Both the position numbers and the translations under genes were made by a program. Below are positions 1 through 12,592 of a DNA stretch of 64,000 nt, in pieces. Origin of the DNA: Eledone cirrhosa (lineage: Eukaryota); assembly GCA_964016885.1 (NCBI GenBank), contig OZ024749.1:6510001-6574000 (forward strand). The letters are read 5' to 3'. Each line of letters opens with the position of its first letter. Positions within the stretch are counted from its first letter, which is position 1. Below the pieces are notes generated by a model. It worked only from the letters and a program-made list of their open reading frames with translations, searched no databases and was not told the DNA's origin.

Positions 1-200
1 TGGAGGTATTTATTTTGAGAACAATACCTTAACATCAGTTTGAGTGACCAGTTACAGCCAGTTTCAACAGAAAGAGGTAGAGAATTCTGGCCGGTTTTGG
101 CCGGTTTGAACACTAAAGGGTTAATACAGTGGTCAGGTGTTTTATCAAATGTACCTAATTACATATATATAAATTTGAGTGATTTCCGTCCGTCACACAA

Positions 201-745
201 TGTGTGTGTGTGTTTGTGTGTATCTGTGTGTGTGTGTTTGTGTGTATGTGTGCGTGCATGTGAAAGGAATGAAGGGGATGCTGAAAAAACTATAGCAAAA
301 CAGCAGCTGGCGTTCCATTTGCTATGCTGCATGAGTGAATGTGTATGTGTGTGTTTGTGTAAATTTATATGTGTGTGTTTCTGTGAATGTGTGTATGGGA
401 TTGTATGTGTATTTGTGTGAATGTATGTCTGTATATGTGTATTTGTGTGAATGTATGTCTGTATGTGTGTATTTTTGTAATTGTGTCTGAGTTTTCCAGT
501 TTATATTTATATACTCAGACATATAAACATATGAACATACACACACCCACATATAGACATATGCATATGAACATACACATATACACACACACATATAGAC
601 ATATGCATATGAACATACACATATACATACACACATATAGACATATGCATATGAACATACACATATACATACACACATATAGACATATGCATATGAACAT
701 ACACACATACACACACACACATATAGACATATGCATATGAACACA
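201..745. repeat. (TG)n microsatellite followed by 42-bp tandem repeat (~5 copies)
   Basis: Unit atatagacatatgcatatgaacatacacatatacacacacac at about 510-745. Confidence 0.9.
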
Positions 746-754
746 TATTTATAT

Positions 755-1090
755 GGAAGACCCCCTTCGGTCAGCAATCACCATGTAATTTGAACCTACA
801 GTGTTCCCCTCCGAGGCACAAGTCCGGGCAAGGTTGTTTGTGGAAGACCAGCAGTCACCCATGCATACCAGTCTCCCCTCTCCACGCCACCAATGATGTC
901 CAAGAGAAAGGCACTGACCAATACAGCTTGGCACCAGTGACATCGCAACTCATTTCTACAGCTGAGTAAACTGGAGTAACGTGAAATAAAGTGTCTTGCT
1001 CAAGGGTACAACGCATCACCCAGTCTGAGAATCGAACTCACAACCTTTCGATTGCAAGCCCAATGCTCTAACCACTAAGCCATGCACCTT
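755..1090 (-). mobile_element. tRNA-derived CORE-type SINE (family with non-RTE tail)
   Basis: Minus strand: A box tggcttagtgg, B box gagttcgattc, MIR/CORE-like ccttgagcaagacactttatttcac...cagtttactcagctgtagaaatgag. Related pieces at 50988-51182 and 51441-51633. Confidence 0.8.
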
Positions 1091-1279
1091 CATATATTTC
1101 TATATCTCTATCAATATAGTGCACCACCATGAGTTTCTTTTCTTCCTAACTTTTTTTAATTTCATAAATTCTTTCTAACATTGATAAAAGGCCAGTACTT
1201 AACCAGTACTTAACCAGTACTTAACCAGTACTTATTTTGACCTTGGAAGGAGGCAAGGCAGTGTTGACCTTGGCGAATG

Positions 1280-2645
1280 GGTGGGTAAGTGTTTAGGCAG
1301 GCATGTAGGCAGGTAGTTAAGTAGGTGTGATGGTAGGAAAGCAGGTAGGTAGGGAGGTAGGTAGAATGAGAGATAAGTAGACAGGATAGCAGACAGGTAG
1401 GTAGGTAGATAGCTAGGTAGGTAGATAGGTAGGTAGCTATGTAGCTAGCTAGTTAGGTTGGAAGGTAGCTAGTTAGGTATGTAAGTAGATACGTAGGTAG
1501 TTTACTAGGTAGGTAAGTAGATATGTTTCTTTTATTTGCCACCAGGGCATCAAAAGTGGGACAAGTACAATGGGGGGAGTTTACAAAACAAGGCGTCCTC
1601 AATAAGGAGGAGGCAATAACAATATATAAAAATAAAATAAAATATAACAAAAAATAAAATTTATAACAAAGTCCTCAATAGAGAGGAGGCGCCTTGGGGG
1701 ATCGCACACACCCCCGAAAAAAGTGTGCAACCCTTCTCCTCAGGAGCACAGAGATGGGGTGCTCCCTTGGTCTTTCATCTTCCTCACCTATAGTCTGAAG
1801 TAGAGTGAAGGCCCATTCACATGGGCCATTCTCGCCACTTTCACCCATCTTTCATAGAAACGGCTAGGGTGCAACACCTCTCTCTCCATCCTGATCCTTC
1901 TTCCGAAATGATATCGGAAGAAACGGACCAGTTGTTGGCCAGAGAGAAAGGTGTCTGTCCTCAGTCCTTTCAGACGCGTCCACCATACAACCTCTTTCGC
2001 CATGGCTATAACGCACAGAAACACCACCTCTCCTTCGTTTTTGAAGAGGGGAGGCGGCTTGATCGTTACAATAGACTCGGTGGTCAACCGGATCGGTCCC
2101 ACCCTTGACAGCAGTTGTTCGACATAGCCCCACAGATCGGCAATGCCCGAGCAGTGTACCAATGCGTGTGCAACGGTTTCCTCGTCACACACGCATCTGG
2201 GACAGACCTTTTTCGATGGGTCCCTACCCGGGCGCCCGTGTCTGTAGAGCCTTTCTCGAACGGGCAGAGCCCTTCTGTAGCATTGCCAGGCCAGGGACCT
2301 CTGGAAGTTATCCATGGGTCCCGGGCTGAATGTCCTACCGAACAGGTTGGCCAGTTCGTCTTCCTCCATGCCTAGGGCTTCTCCAAGGGCGTCGTCGCAC
2401 CTGCTAACCACCAGCCCTCTATAGAATGACAAGGTGGATTCTCCACTGACAGCCGGATCCGGTAGGTAAGTAGATAGCTAGGTAGGTAGGTAGCTATGTA
2501 GCTAGCTAGTTAGGTAGGAAGGTAGCTAGTTAGGTATGTAAGTAGATAGGTAGGTAGTTTACCAGGTATGTAAGTAGATAGGTAGGTAGTTTACTAGGCA
2601 TGTAAGTAAATAGGTAGGTAGTTAGCTAGGTAGGTAAGTTAGTAA
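1280..2645. repeat. Degenerate (TAGG)n/(TAGC)n microsatellite interrupted by a LINE
   Basis: taggtagg arrays at 1280-1523 and 2461-2645. Confidence 0.85.
1524..2460 (-). mobile_element. 5'-truncated Tx1/L1-clade non-LTR retrotransposon (ORF2 C-terminus plus 3' UTR)
   Basis: ORF 1788-2432 has the zf-RVT CCHC motif CPRC-x4-ETVAHALVHC. AATAAA near the 3' end. 16-bp duplication ggtaggtaagtagata at 1508-1523 and 2461-2476. Confidence 0.85.
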
Positions 2646-3391
2646 TTGATCCTATATTTTCCTGCAGTAGACATGGCATAAGCTATACAATGAGATCAAT
2701 ATATGGAAATGATTACACATACAGAAACAGTTAAATATTGTGACTAGGAAAACTATATTATTTGTGCTGCTCACAAAGAAAGGTGTATACAAATAAAGAA
2801 ATTTGATTGTTATTGTTTTTTTTTTTTTAGTTTCTTTTTTTTTATCGTTTGTCCTTTTTTGGTTGCTCCCAAGGCTTTCTCGAGTAGCTGTCATCTTGTC
2901 ACCATTTTCAAGATGAACAGAACACATAAAAATGTGAAATATTAATGCCAGTGTAAATCCATTTAGTTTTTGGTCTATCTTTTTTTTCTTTCAAGCGAAT
3001 CATTATATTAACTATATCAATGAGAAAGTGGTAAAGTACCAAATAAACAAAAAAGAAACTGGAAAAGCCCCCCCCCCACACACACACACATATATATACG
3101 ACTATAAATATAATCATCATCATCCTCATCATTTCTACAAGCAAGCCTCAATTTCAGAATGAAAGTAAATAAAAACATATCCAGCATGAAGTGCAATACA
3201 ATGTCTCATCTAGTTACCAATATGTGATAGAACTATACAAGTGCATTAGTTATGTCTTTAACCCTTTACATGGCAGCCCTGCCTCAAACTACGCTGGAAT
3301 ATGTCATATGAAGCCATCTCTTTTAAACTGGTCACATTTAAATTAAAATTCTTGCTCATAATATTTTATAAGACACTTTGCTATCAGGTGG

Positions 3392-5750
3392 TTGTCCTCC
3401 AGGGTAATGCCACCTCCCTCACTGTCCTCCAGGGCAGTGTCACCTCCCTCACTGTCCTCCAGGGCAGTGTCACCTCCCTCACTGTCCTCCAGGGCAATGT
3501 CATCTCCCTCACTGTCCTCCAGGGCAATGTCACATCCCTCACTGTCCTCCAGGACACTGTCACCTCCCTCACTGTCCTCCAGGGTAGTGTCACCTCCCTC
3601 ACTGTCCTCCAGGGCAATGTCATCTCCCTCACTGTCCTCCAGGGCAATGTCACATCCCTCACTGTCCTCCAGGACACCGTCACCTCCCTCACTGTCCTCC
3701 AGGGTAATGCCACCTCCCTCACTGTCCTCCAGGGTAATGTCACCTCCCTCACTGTCCTCCAGGGTAATGCCACCTCCCTCACTGTCCTCCAGGGTAATGC
3801 CACCTCCCTCACTGTCCTCCAGGGTAATGCCACCTCCCTCACTGTCCTCCAGGGTAATGCCACCTCCCTCACTGTCCTCCAGGGCAATGTCACCTCCCTT
3901 ACTGTCCTCCAGAGTAATGTCATCTCCCTCCCTGTCCTCCAGGGTAATGTCACCTCCCTCACTGTCCTCCAGGGCAATGTCACCTCCCTCACTGTCCTCC
4001 AGGGCAATGTCCCCTCCCTCACTGTCCTCCAGGGCAGTGTCACCTCCCTCACTGTCCTCCAGGGTAATGTCACCTCCCTCCCTGTCCTCCAGGGTAGTGC
4101 CACCTCCCTCACTGTCCTCCAGGGTAATGTCACCTCCCTCACTGTCCTCCAGGGCAGTGTCACCTCCCTCACTGTCCTCCAGGGTAATGTCACCTCCCTC
4201 ACTGTCCTCCAGGACAATGTCACCTCCCTCACTGTCCTCCAGGGCAATGTCACCTCCCTTACTGTCCTCCAGGGCAATGTCATCTCCCTCACTGTCCTCC
4301 AGGGTAGTGCCACCTCCCTCACTGTCCTCCAGGGTAATGTCACCTCCCTCACTGTCCTCCAGGGTAATGTCACCTCCCTCACTGTCCTCCAGGGTAATGT
4401 CACCTCCCTCACTGTCCTCCAGGGTAACGTCACTTCCCTCCCTGTCCTCCAGGACAATGTCACCTCCCTCACTGTCCTCCAGGGCAATGTCACCTCCCTC
4501 ACTGTCCTCCAGGGTAATGTCACCTCCCTCCCTGTCCTCCAGGGTAACGTCACCTCCCTCCCTGTCCTCCAGGACAATGTCACCTCCCTCCCTGTCCTCC
4601 AGGGTAGTGCCACCTCCCTCACTGTCCTCCAGGACAATGTCACCTCCCTCCCTGTCCTCCAGGGCAATGTCACCTCCCTCACTGTCCTCCAGGGTAATGT
4701 CACCTCCCTCACTGTCCTCCAGGGCAATGTCACCTCCCTCACTGTCCTCCAGGGTAATGTCACCTCCCTCACTGTCCTCCAGGGCAATGTCACCTCCCTC
4801 ACTGTCCTCCAGGGTAGTGCCACCTCCCTCCCTGTCCTCCAGGACAATGTCACCTCCCTCACTGTCCTCCAGGGTAATGTCACCTCCCTCACTGTCCTCC
4901 AGGACAATGTCACCTCCCTCCCTGTCCTCCAGGACAATGTCACCTCCCTCACTGTCCTCCAGGGCAATGTCACCTCCCTCACTGTCCTCCAGGGTAGTGC
5001 CACCTCCCTCCCTGTCCTCCAGGACAATGTCACCTCCCTCCCTGTCCTCCAGGGTAGTGCCACCTCCCTCCCTGTCCTCCAGGACAATGTCACCTCCCTC
5101 CCTGTCCTCCAGGGTAGTGCCACCTCCCTCACTGTCCTCCAGGACAATGTCACCTCCCTCCCTGTCCTCCAGGGCAATGTCACCTCCCTCACTGTCCTCC
5201 AGGGCAATGTCACCTCCCTCACTGTCCTCCAGGGCAATGTCACCTCCCTCACTGTCCTCCAGGGCAATGTCACCTCCCTCACTGTCCTCCAGGGCAATGT
5301 CACCTCCCTCACTGTCCTCCAGGGCAATGTCACCTCCCTCACTGTCCTCCAGGGCAATGTCACCTCCCTCACTGTCCTCCAGGGCAATGTTACCTCCCTC
5401 ACTGTCCTCCAGGGCAATGTCACCTCCCTCCCTGTCCTCCAGGACAATGTCACCTCCCTCACTGTCCTCCAGGACAATGTCACCTCCCTCACTGTCCTCC
5501 AGGGCAATGTCACCTCCCTCACTGTCCTCCAGGGCAATGTCACCTCCCTCACTGTCCTCCAGGGCAATGTCACCTCCCTCACTGTCCTCCAGGACAATGT
5601 CACCTCCCTCACTGTCCTCCAGGGCAATGTCACCTCCCTCACTGTCCTCCAGGGCAATGTCACCTCCCTCACTGTCCTCCAGGGCAATGTCACCTCCCTC
5701 ACTGTCCTCCAGGGCAATGTCACCTCCCTCACTGTCCTCAATGTCACCTC
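3392..5750. repeat. 30-bp GC-rich minisatellite, ~78 copies
   Basis: Unit actgtcctccagggcaatgtcacctccctc, with variation confined to a few positions. Confidence 0.97.
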
Positions 5751-6019
5751 CATCAGGCAGTTCATATATTAGGAGTAGGGTGGCAGTCTTCAGATAAAAT
5801 GGTTAATATTGATAAAATAACAGAATGTTGTGTTGAATGATACCCACAACACCAGGTTCACCTCTCTCTCTCTATATATATATATATATTGGGAAAGTGT
5901 CTTCTATTATAGTCTTGAACTGGCCAATGTTTTGTGAGCAAATATGATAACTGAAACAGTATAAAAATTCATCATGTGTATATGGAGTGGGGCGGGGTAT
6001 ACTATCATAGTTCCTGTAA

Positions 6020-6772
6020 AGCGTCCCCTTTATTTACGTGTCCCAACGACTTTTTTTAGCCGTTGCTCGCACCAACCTGAGGTATATGGCCTTTAAAGCG
6101 ACGAAATGCCTACGACGGTTGGATGGCCACTGATGAAGGACAAACTTTTTCATATGTAACCCATTTGCAACGCCGCAGCTCCATTATTATCATATTTACA
6201 CATATATTTTTTCCTCCGCTGCCACCCGTCTGTTTCGTTCTTTGTATCTTTACCCCTTCTAGCAGTCTCTCTCTGTTAGCCTCTTCCTCACCTTGCACTC
6301 ACTCACTCTCTGTCACTACCTCTCCTCCTCCCCCTCTTCCCGTTTGACCTGTCCGTAATCCTTTTCTCGCGCGCACTTCGCCAAGCCGGTATGAATTTTC
6401 TTTCTCTCTCGTCTGCGACTTCACAGAACTTATGTTTACCGAATTCGCAGACCAGACCCCTTCTTCCTCCCGTTAGACCTGTGCGAAATTCCTTCCTTGC
6501 TCACATTTCAACCAGGTTTGATGGTCTTTATTCTCTCGTTCACGATTCCACCGAATTTATATTCATAGAAATCTGGGACTTGTTTCTTTCTTCTTCATCA
6601 CTTTCTGTTGCTTAAACCATTTTGTTTGTTTACCCTAGCGTCCCCTTTATTTACGTGTCCCAACGACTTTTTTTAGCCATTGCTCGCACCAACCTGAGGT
6701 ATATGGCCTTTAAAGCGACGAAATGTCTACGACGGTTGGAAGGCCACTGATGAAGGACAAACTTTTTCATAT
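6020..6772 (+). mobile_element. Non-coding element with 136-bp direct terminal repeats, probable PLE-derived pseudo-LTR partial tandem
   Basis: 6020-6155 and 6637-6772 differ at 3 positions. Period 617 bp, followed by (TA)n, no TG..CA LTR ends. Confidence 0.6.
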
Positions 6773-6831
6773 ATATATATATATATATATACATATACAA
6801 ACTTTTTCATATATATATACATATATATATA

Positions 6832-7170
6832 TCATTTCATTTAATTTCATTTTACGTCCACTTTTCCGCTTGCAAGGGTGGGACGGGAACTGATTCTGGC
6901 TTGATTTCTACAGCTGGATGCCCTTCCTAACACCAACCTTATTTACAGTGAGTGCTGGGGGCTTTTTTGCTGTGGCACCTCCACGACCACTTTGCAGTGG
7001 AATGATAGGGATCCCAGTCCCTATCATCCCATTTCTATAGCTGAGTAAACTGGGGTAATGTGAAATAAAGTGTTTTGCTCAAGGAAACAACACATCACCC
7101 GGTCTGAGAATTGAACTCACAACCTTTCGATTGCAAGGCCAATGCTCTAACCACTAAGCCATGTGCCTCC
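6832..7170 (-). mobile_element. CORE-SINE with RTE-derived tail (family A)
   Basis: tRNA head + CORE + RTE 3'UTR segment + cccgtcccacccttgcaagc...ggacgtaaaatga tail. Confidence 0.85.
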
Positions 7171-7624
7171 ATATATATATATAAAGTATACATTGAGTTA
7201 AAAACTCACAATAGTCCCTTAAAATCAAATTAGTTCAAGGAAAACATTTTCTGACCCTTTTATAACACAGTAAAGAGAGAGGAACACAGGTATATAAATA
7301 TGTGTTCAAATCACAAGGGACATAAATCACCAGAGTGAAGAAAATACTGACTAAAGATAGTACGGTTCACAGAACTCAAAAGGATAAATCGAGAGATACA
7401 AGCTTACTATGATAACTATCAAGTATCCAGACAGCTTTTGGGTAGAACTGTTTCACAATTCAGTGAAGAAATTTACTGGTCCGATGCTTTTCAATGGATA
7501 CTTCACCACCAGTACACCCCTCACTACTAAAGTTCTCTGGACTTTCAGAAATATTGTCACATTAGCCAACAACATATCAACCCACTGACATAATTGTGTT
7601 AGCATTTGATGATGTTACAAAGGT

Positions 7625-8352
7625 GCAAGCCGATGTTGTAACAATTGCACAACAATTCCATGTTGGTGTCATAGAAATATGTATAATTATTAAATATGAT
7701 TATGTAACTTCAGTCCAACATTTTAGTTGCAAGCCGATGTTGTAACAATTGCACAACAATTCCATGCTGGTGTCATAGAAATATGTATAATTATTAAATA
7801 TGATTATGTAACTTCAGTCCAACATTTTAGTTGCAAACCGACGTTGTAACAATTGCACAACAATTCCATGCTGGTGTCATAGAAATATGTATAATTATTA
7901 AATATGATTATGTAACTTCAGTCCAACATTTTAGTTGCAAGCCGATGTTGTAACAATTGCACAACAATTCCATGCTGGTGTCATAGAAATATGTATAATT
8001 ATTAAATATGATTATGTAACTTCAGTCCAACATTTTAGTTGCAAGCCGATGCTGTAACAATTGCACAACAATTCCATGCTGGTGTCATAGAATTATGTAT
8101 AATTATTAAATATGATTATGTAACTTCAGTCCAACATTTTAGTTGCAAGCCGATGCTGTAACAATTGCACAACAATTCCATGCTGGTGTCATAGAAATAT
8201 GTATAATTATTAAATATGATTATGTAACTTCAGTCCAACATTTTAGTTGCAAGCCGATGTTGTAACAATTGCACAACAATTCCATGCTGGTGTCATAGAA
8301 ATATGTATAATTATTAAATATGATTATGTAACTTCAGTCCAACATTTTAGTT
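7625..8352. repeat. 104-bp tandem repeat, 7 near-identical copies
   Basis: Unit starts gcaagccgatgttgtaacaattgc at 7625, 7729, 7833, 7937, 8041, 8145 and 8249. Confidence 0.95.
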
Positions 8353-9139
8353 GGTCATTTTAGTACCATGATAAAAAGCACCCAGTCCTTGCTGTAAATG
8401 TGGTTGGTATTATGAAGGGCATCCAGCTGTAGAAACCAAGCCAGAAACAGTTCTGTATGAATAAGCAAGATAAGGTCACCTGACCCAGCATTGCTCACAA
8501 CAGTACAATATGTCTAACTCATGCTAGCGTGGAAGAATGGACATAGAATGGTGATGATGCTGATGATGCAGTCGGTTTAAATGCTGAAAGGTTAAGTAAC
8601 CATATATAGGCTTTCTTAATGGATCAAATGTAATTGAATTAATGCCAGAGAAATCCCAGCAGAGACCATTTGTAATGCAATGGCATCAAAGCCTATACGG
8701 TTGAGCCTCAGTGTTGGGGATATTTAGAAAAGAACTGAAATATGTAGAGATTCTTCTGCTGTAGTTTAGAACCCCTTTAATACGTTCCATGCCACAAGTA
8801 TAAGACACGGGTTCCAAAACAGTGATAAAATGTAAATGAAATGGTTTCAATCCAATACCTTTATCTGAAATAATCCCATCACAATTCCCAGAGAAGATCT
8901 TCTGGCACACAAAAGGTATTACTTACTGCATTATCTACTCTTAACAATATATTATAGTTTTACAACATTCAACAATTTTGTTATTATTTTCATTCCTTTT
9001 ATTTCTCACTTTGTTGGATATTACACAAGCAGAATGGGAAATACATACAATGCTGGTTTATATTTACACTACTGGATACTGTTGGGTGTATCTTGTTTTA
9101 GTATAGATGCAGTTTAAAGTTATGTTGGTATCAGAAAAA

Positions 9140-9985
9140 GGATCCTGGCTCACACTGTAAAGTGGTCATGTAGGTGTCAACAAAAAGCATGCAGCCCACA
9201 CTGTAAAGTGGTTGTGTAAGTGTCACGACAAAAAGCATCCAGCCCACACTGTAAAGTGGTCATGTAAGTATCACGACAAAAAGCATCCAGCCCACACTGT
9301 AAAGTGGTCGTGTAAGTGTCACAACAAAAAGGATCCAGCCCACACTGTAAAGTGGTCTCGTAGGTGTCAACAAAAAGCATCCAGCCCACACTGTAAAGTG
9401 GTCTCATAGGTGTCAACAAAAAGCATCCAGCCCACACTGTAAAGTGGTCGTGTAAGTGTCACGACAAAAAGGATCCAGCCCACACTGTAAAGTGGTCGTG
9501 TAGGTGTCAACAAAAAGCATCCAGCCCACACTGTGACTTAGTCATGTAGGTGTCACAACAAAAAGCACCCAGACCACACTGTAAAGTGGTCATATAGGTA
9601 TGACGACAAAAAGCACCCAGACCATGCTGTAAAATGGTTGTGTAGATGTCATGACAAAAACTAACCAGCCCACACTGTAAAGTAGTCGTGTAGGTATCAC
9701 ATGAAAAATCACTCAGCCCACACTGTAAAGTGGTCATGTAGGTGTCATGACAAAAACCACCCAGCCCACACTATACAGTGGTTGTGTAGATATCATGACA
9801 AAAAGCATCCAGCATACACTGTAAATGTGGTTGGCATTAGGAAAGGCATTCAGCTGCAGAAATCCTACCAGAAACAGTTCTATATGACACGGGTACCTGA
9901 CTCAACTTGCCTCAAATGGGACAACCCGTCTAACCCATGCTAGCATTGAAAGTGGACGTTAAACGATGATAATGGTGATGATGAA
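9140..9985 (+). repeat. RTE/SINE 3'-UTR with ~14x tandem expansion of a ~48-bp module
   Basis: Unit aaaaagcatccagcccacactgtaaagtggtcgtgtaggtgtcacgac, ending in the RTE tail cccgtctaacccatgctagc...gatgat. Confidence 0.85.
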
Positions 9986-10675
9986 GCATCCTTGTGTGTC
10001 TGAGTAACTGGAAAAATAATTATTTACAGGATCATATCAATTGTTACACATGCTATTGCTTCAGCTATCCTCACCTTTAAGGAAACACTTTATGCTCACC
10101 CTGTATATCAAACACTGGGTATAAACTTGTTTAAGTATTGCTTTCAATGAGTAAACTCACACAAAATATACCTTGAATTTTTACTAAGGGTTAAAATCAA
10201 TTGTATTTTGCCACTTATCTCAATATTCCATTTTACTCCTTTTTGAGACCACACTTCTGTGTGATGGCAAAATTATGATTGTGAATTGTATCCAACCCTG
10301 AGAAAATGGATAGAAAAACAGTGATGATGATAATGGTGATGGTGATGATGATAATGATGATGATGATACCTTTCCTTGTTTTCAGATAGCTGGATGTAAT
10401 TAAGGAGATATTTGGCTGCTATTTCTAACAGATCAAGATACTGCATGATAGTGTCCATCTGTCATCTCTCATTGTATTGCTGATATTGTGTGTCCAAAAT
10501 ATAATATCTACCTGTATTTTAAAACAGAAGTTATCAGAAGCGGGGTTTGGTTGCTATTTCTAGCAGGTTGAATGACTGCATAGAGTAACTATATGGAGTG
10601 TCACTCATTGCTTTGTTCATGTTGCATGGCCACATGTGGTGAAAACGATACAAAATTATCCCCAAAATAATTTAC

Positions 10676-10765
10676 CTGTGTATAAAGTAAGGCTTCTTGC
10701 TTCAAAGTATCTTGGTCAAGTTTGTTTATTTTATTATCCATGTTACGAAGTGTCAGTTGACAATT
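10676..10765 (-). CDS. CCDC39: Internal coding exon (90 bp, phase 0/0), next exon of probable CCDC39
   Basis: Minus strand: ttattttatattgtAG| NCQLTLRNMDNKINKLDQDTLKQEALLYTQ |GTAAAT. Continues the 38251-38488 exon in frame and resembles recalled CCDC39 [30 protein letters not shown]. Too short for the ORF track. Confidence 0.8.
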
Positions 10766-11149
10766 CTACAATATAAAATAATAAATAATGATACATTTTA
10801 AACGATGAAAGAAATAAAATTCAACTAGGGAAAAAAAATCTATTAAATTTGAAAAATGTAGAACACTAGACTAAAGAAATTCCAAATAAAATAAAATAAC
10901 ATTTAAAAAAAATGTAATGAAATAGTTTCAAATGCATTTTTATTCATAATTGATTTTGTAATTAAAATGATAAGAATAATTAAAAAATAACTGTAGCTAC
11001 CAATCTATCTGAAGCCATCTAACAAGCACATATCTTAGAGTTAATTAACTCTTAATGTTCTGTACCACATGAGGCCATATTAGAAACACAGTTTTGAAAA
11101 GTACAACACGGTGTAGTGCCTGCATCATATACAACAGCAACAACAACAA

Positions 11150-11450
11150 TTACAAGCATTTTAAAACCATCTTCCCTGCTAAAGTAGGGGTTAGTTTTGT
11201 AGATCCTATCACAAGTTTCTCCATTTTCTTTCCTATTGTCTGCACACACCCACCAACTAATTTCCTGGGTTTCATTTCCTCCTCCATGTTTAGACAAGTC
11301 TTCCCCTTCTACATCGTTCTACATTCATTTCATTCACGCCCCTCACCCAGCCACTTTCATCATTCCTCAACGCATGAATCAACCAGACAAAATCACACCA
11401 GCAAGACATTCTTGAGAAGGACAACACAGTTATATGACTACATCAGATAA
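11150..11450 (-). mobile_element. Highly decayed RTE LINE 3' fragment
   Basis: Minus frames give WLIHALRNDESGWVRA and CRRGRLV*TWRR, resembling the RTE C-terminus (WxGHVxR...GRPxKTW). Confidence 0.4.
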
Positions 11451-11710
11451 AGAAAAGAATGTATCCTTTACCATAATACTGCAAATGTTTGCAAGGATAT
11501 GTCAGCTAGTAAATATACTACAAACATTTGAATGTACAAACCTGTTTTTAGATATATCTTCCAAACCATTATAGGATGTTATGTTATAAAGAAATAGGGA
11601 TTTTGTTTAGATATATCTCCGGAACCATTAAAAGATTTTATGTGAAATACGGATGTTTTATTTTTTTTATATTTATTAACTAAAATAAAATGTATTGACA
11701 TTCTCATTAC

Positions 11711-12485
11711 CATATTTCTAATAAAAGACACTGCCTATTATTTTTCATTACCATATCTATATATATAAAACTGAGGATGTTTGTCTGTCTGTGTGTGTGT
11801 GTGTGTGTCTGTGAGTTTGAATCCCTAAAACTCGAGAAGTACCCGAGTTTTTTCAAACTTTACATGTGCATTACTTATGTGTCAGGGAGTGTTATGCACA
11901 TAAAATTCAACTTTTTGATCCTGTATTAGGTGAAAAACTGCATTTTTTCAGCTTTTTAGGGGTTTTTTGAGGGGTTACGTCAGACCAATTTCCTTGAAAT
12001 TGTAACTATGTATTAGTCAGTCTCTTCTTCATACTGTGAGCAAAGAAAATTATGGCTCAGGGCCCGCATTCATTTTTTCAGCTTTTTAGGACTTTTTTTT
12101 AGGCGTTACGTCTAGCCGATTTTCCCGAAATTTCAAGGCATATTATGCACATAAAACAAATTCATTTTCTTGATTCTCTAGGGCCCGCATTAGGTGAAAA
12201 CCTGCATTTTTCCTGCTTCATAGAGGAAAATCTTAAAGATTATCCAGCCATCAGAGTATTCGGTTTATGTTCTTTACATATTGTCCAGTCATGCAGTTTT
12301 TCCACGATTAGGTCTGTTGGTGGCCCACGTTCCAAAATACCTTATTCCGTGCAACGCCGGGTACCACTGCTAGTGTCTAAAAAAAGACACTGCCTATTAT
12401 TTATCATTAGCATATTTCTAATAAAAGACACTGCCTATTATTTATCATTAGCATATTTCTAATAAAAGACACTGCCTATTATTTC
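11711..12485. repeat. 41-bp tandem repeat (~5 units) interrupted by the Helitron
   Basis: Unit catatttctaataaaagacactgcctattatttatcattag on both sides of the insertion. Confidence 0.8.
11756..12373 (+). mobile_element. Non-autonomous Helitron-like element
   Basis: 5' TC(tatatatataaaactg), internal (CTGT)/(TG)n, subterminal hairpin ccgtgcaacgccggg, 3' CTAG. Inserted between A and T with no TSD, splitting one unit of a 41-bp tandem repeat. Confidence 0.85.
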
Positions 12486-12592
12486 CAAGTAATTTTGGAA
12501 ATAATCAAGAATTTGGAAGGATCTGGTAATATAACTAACTTTATCATTATTTGTTAGTGTTTCTAGCGTAACAAATATTGTTACTTAAAATT

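Noticed and set aside
3301-5797. 800-aa ORFs (LRR-like, Ser/Pro-rich, WRTVREV repeats)
   Set aside because: Products of a stop-free 30-bp minisatellite, open on both strands, with no synonymous bias.
6020-6772. LTR retrotransposon/TRIM
   Set aside because: No TG...CA ends, PBS, PPT or TSD seen.
7625-8352. CRISPR-like array (also 9140-9820, 23680-24405, 47280-47905)
   Set aside because: Whole units repeat with no unique spacers; eukaryotic context; no cas genes.
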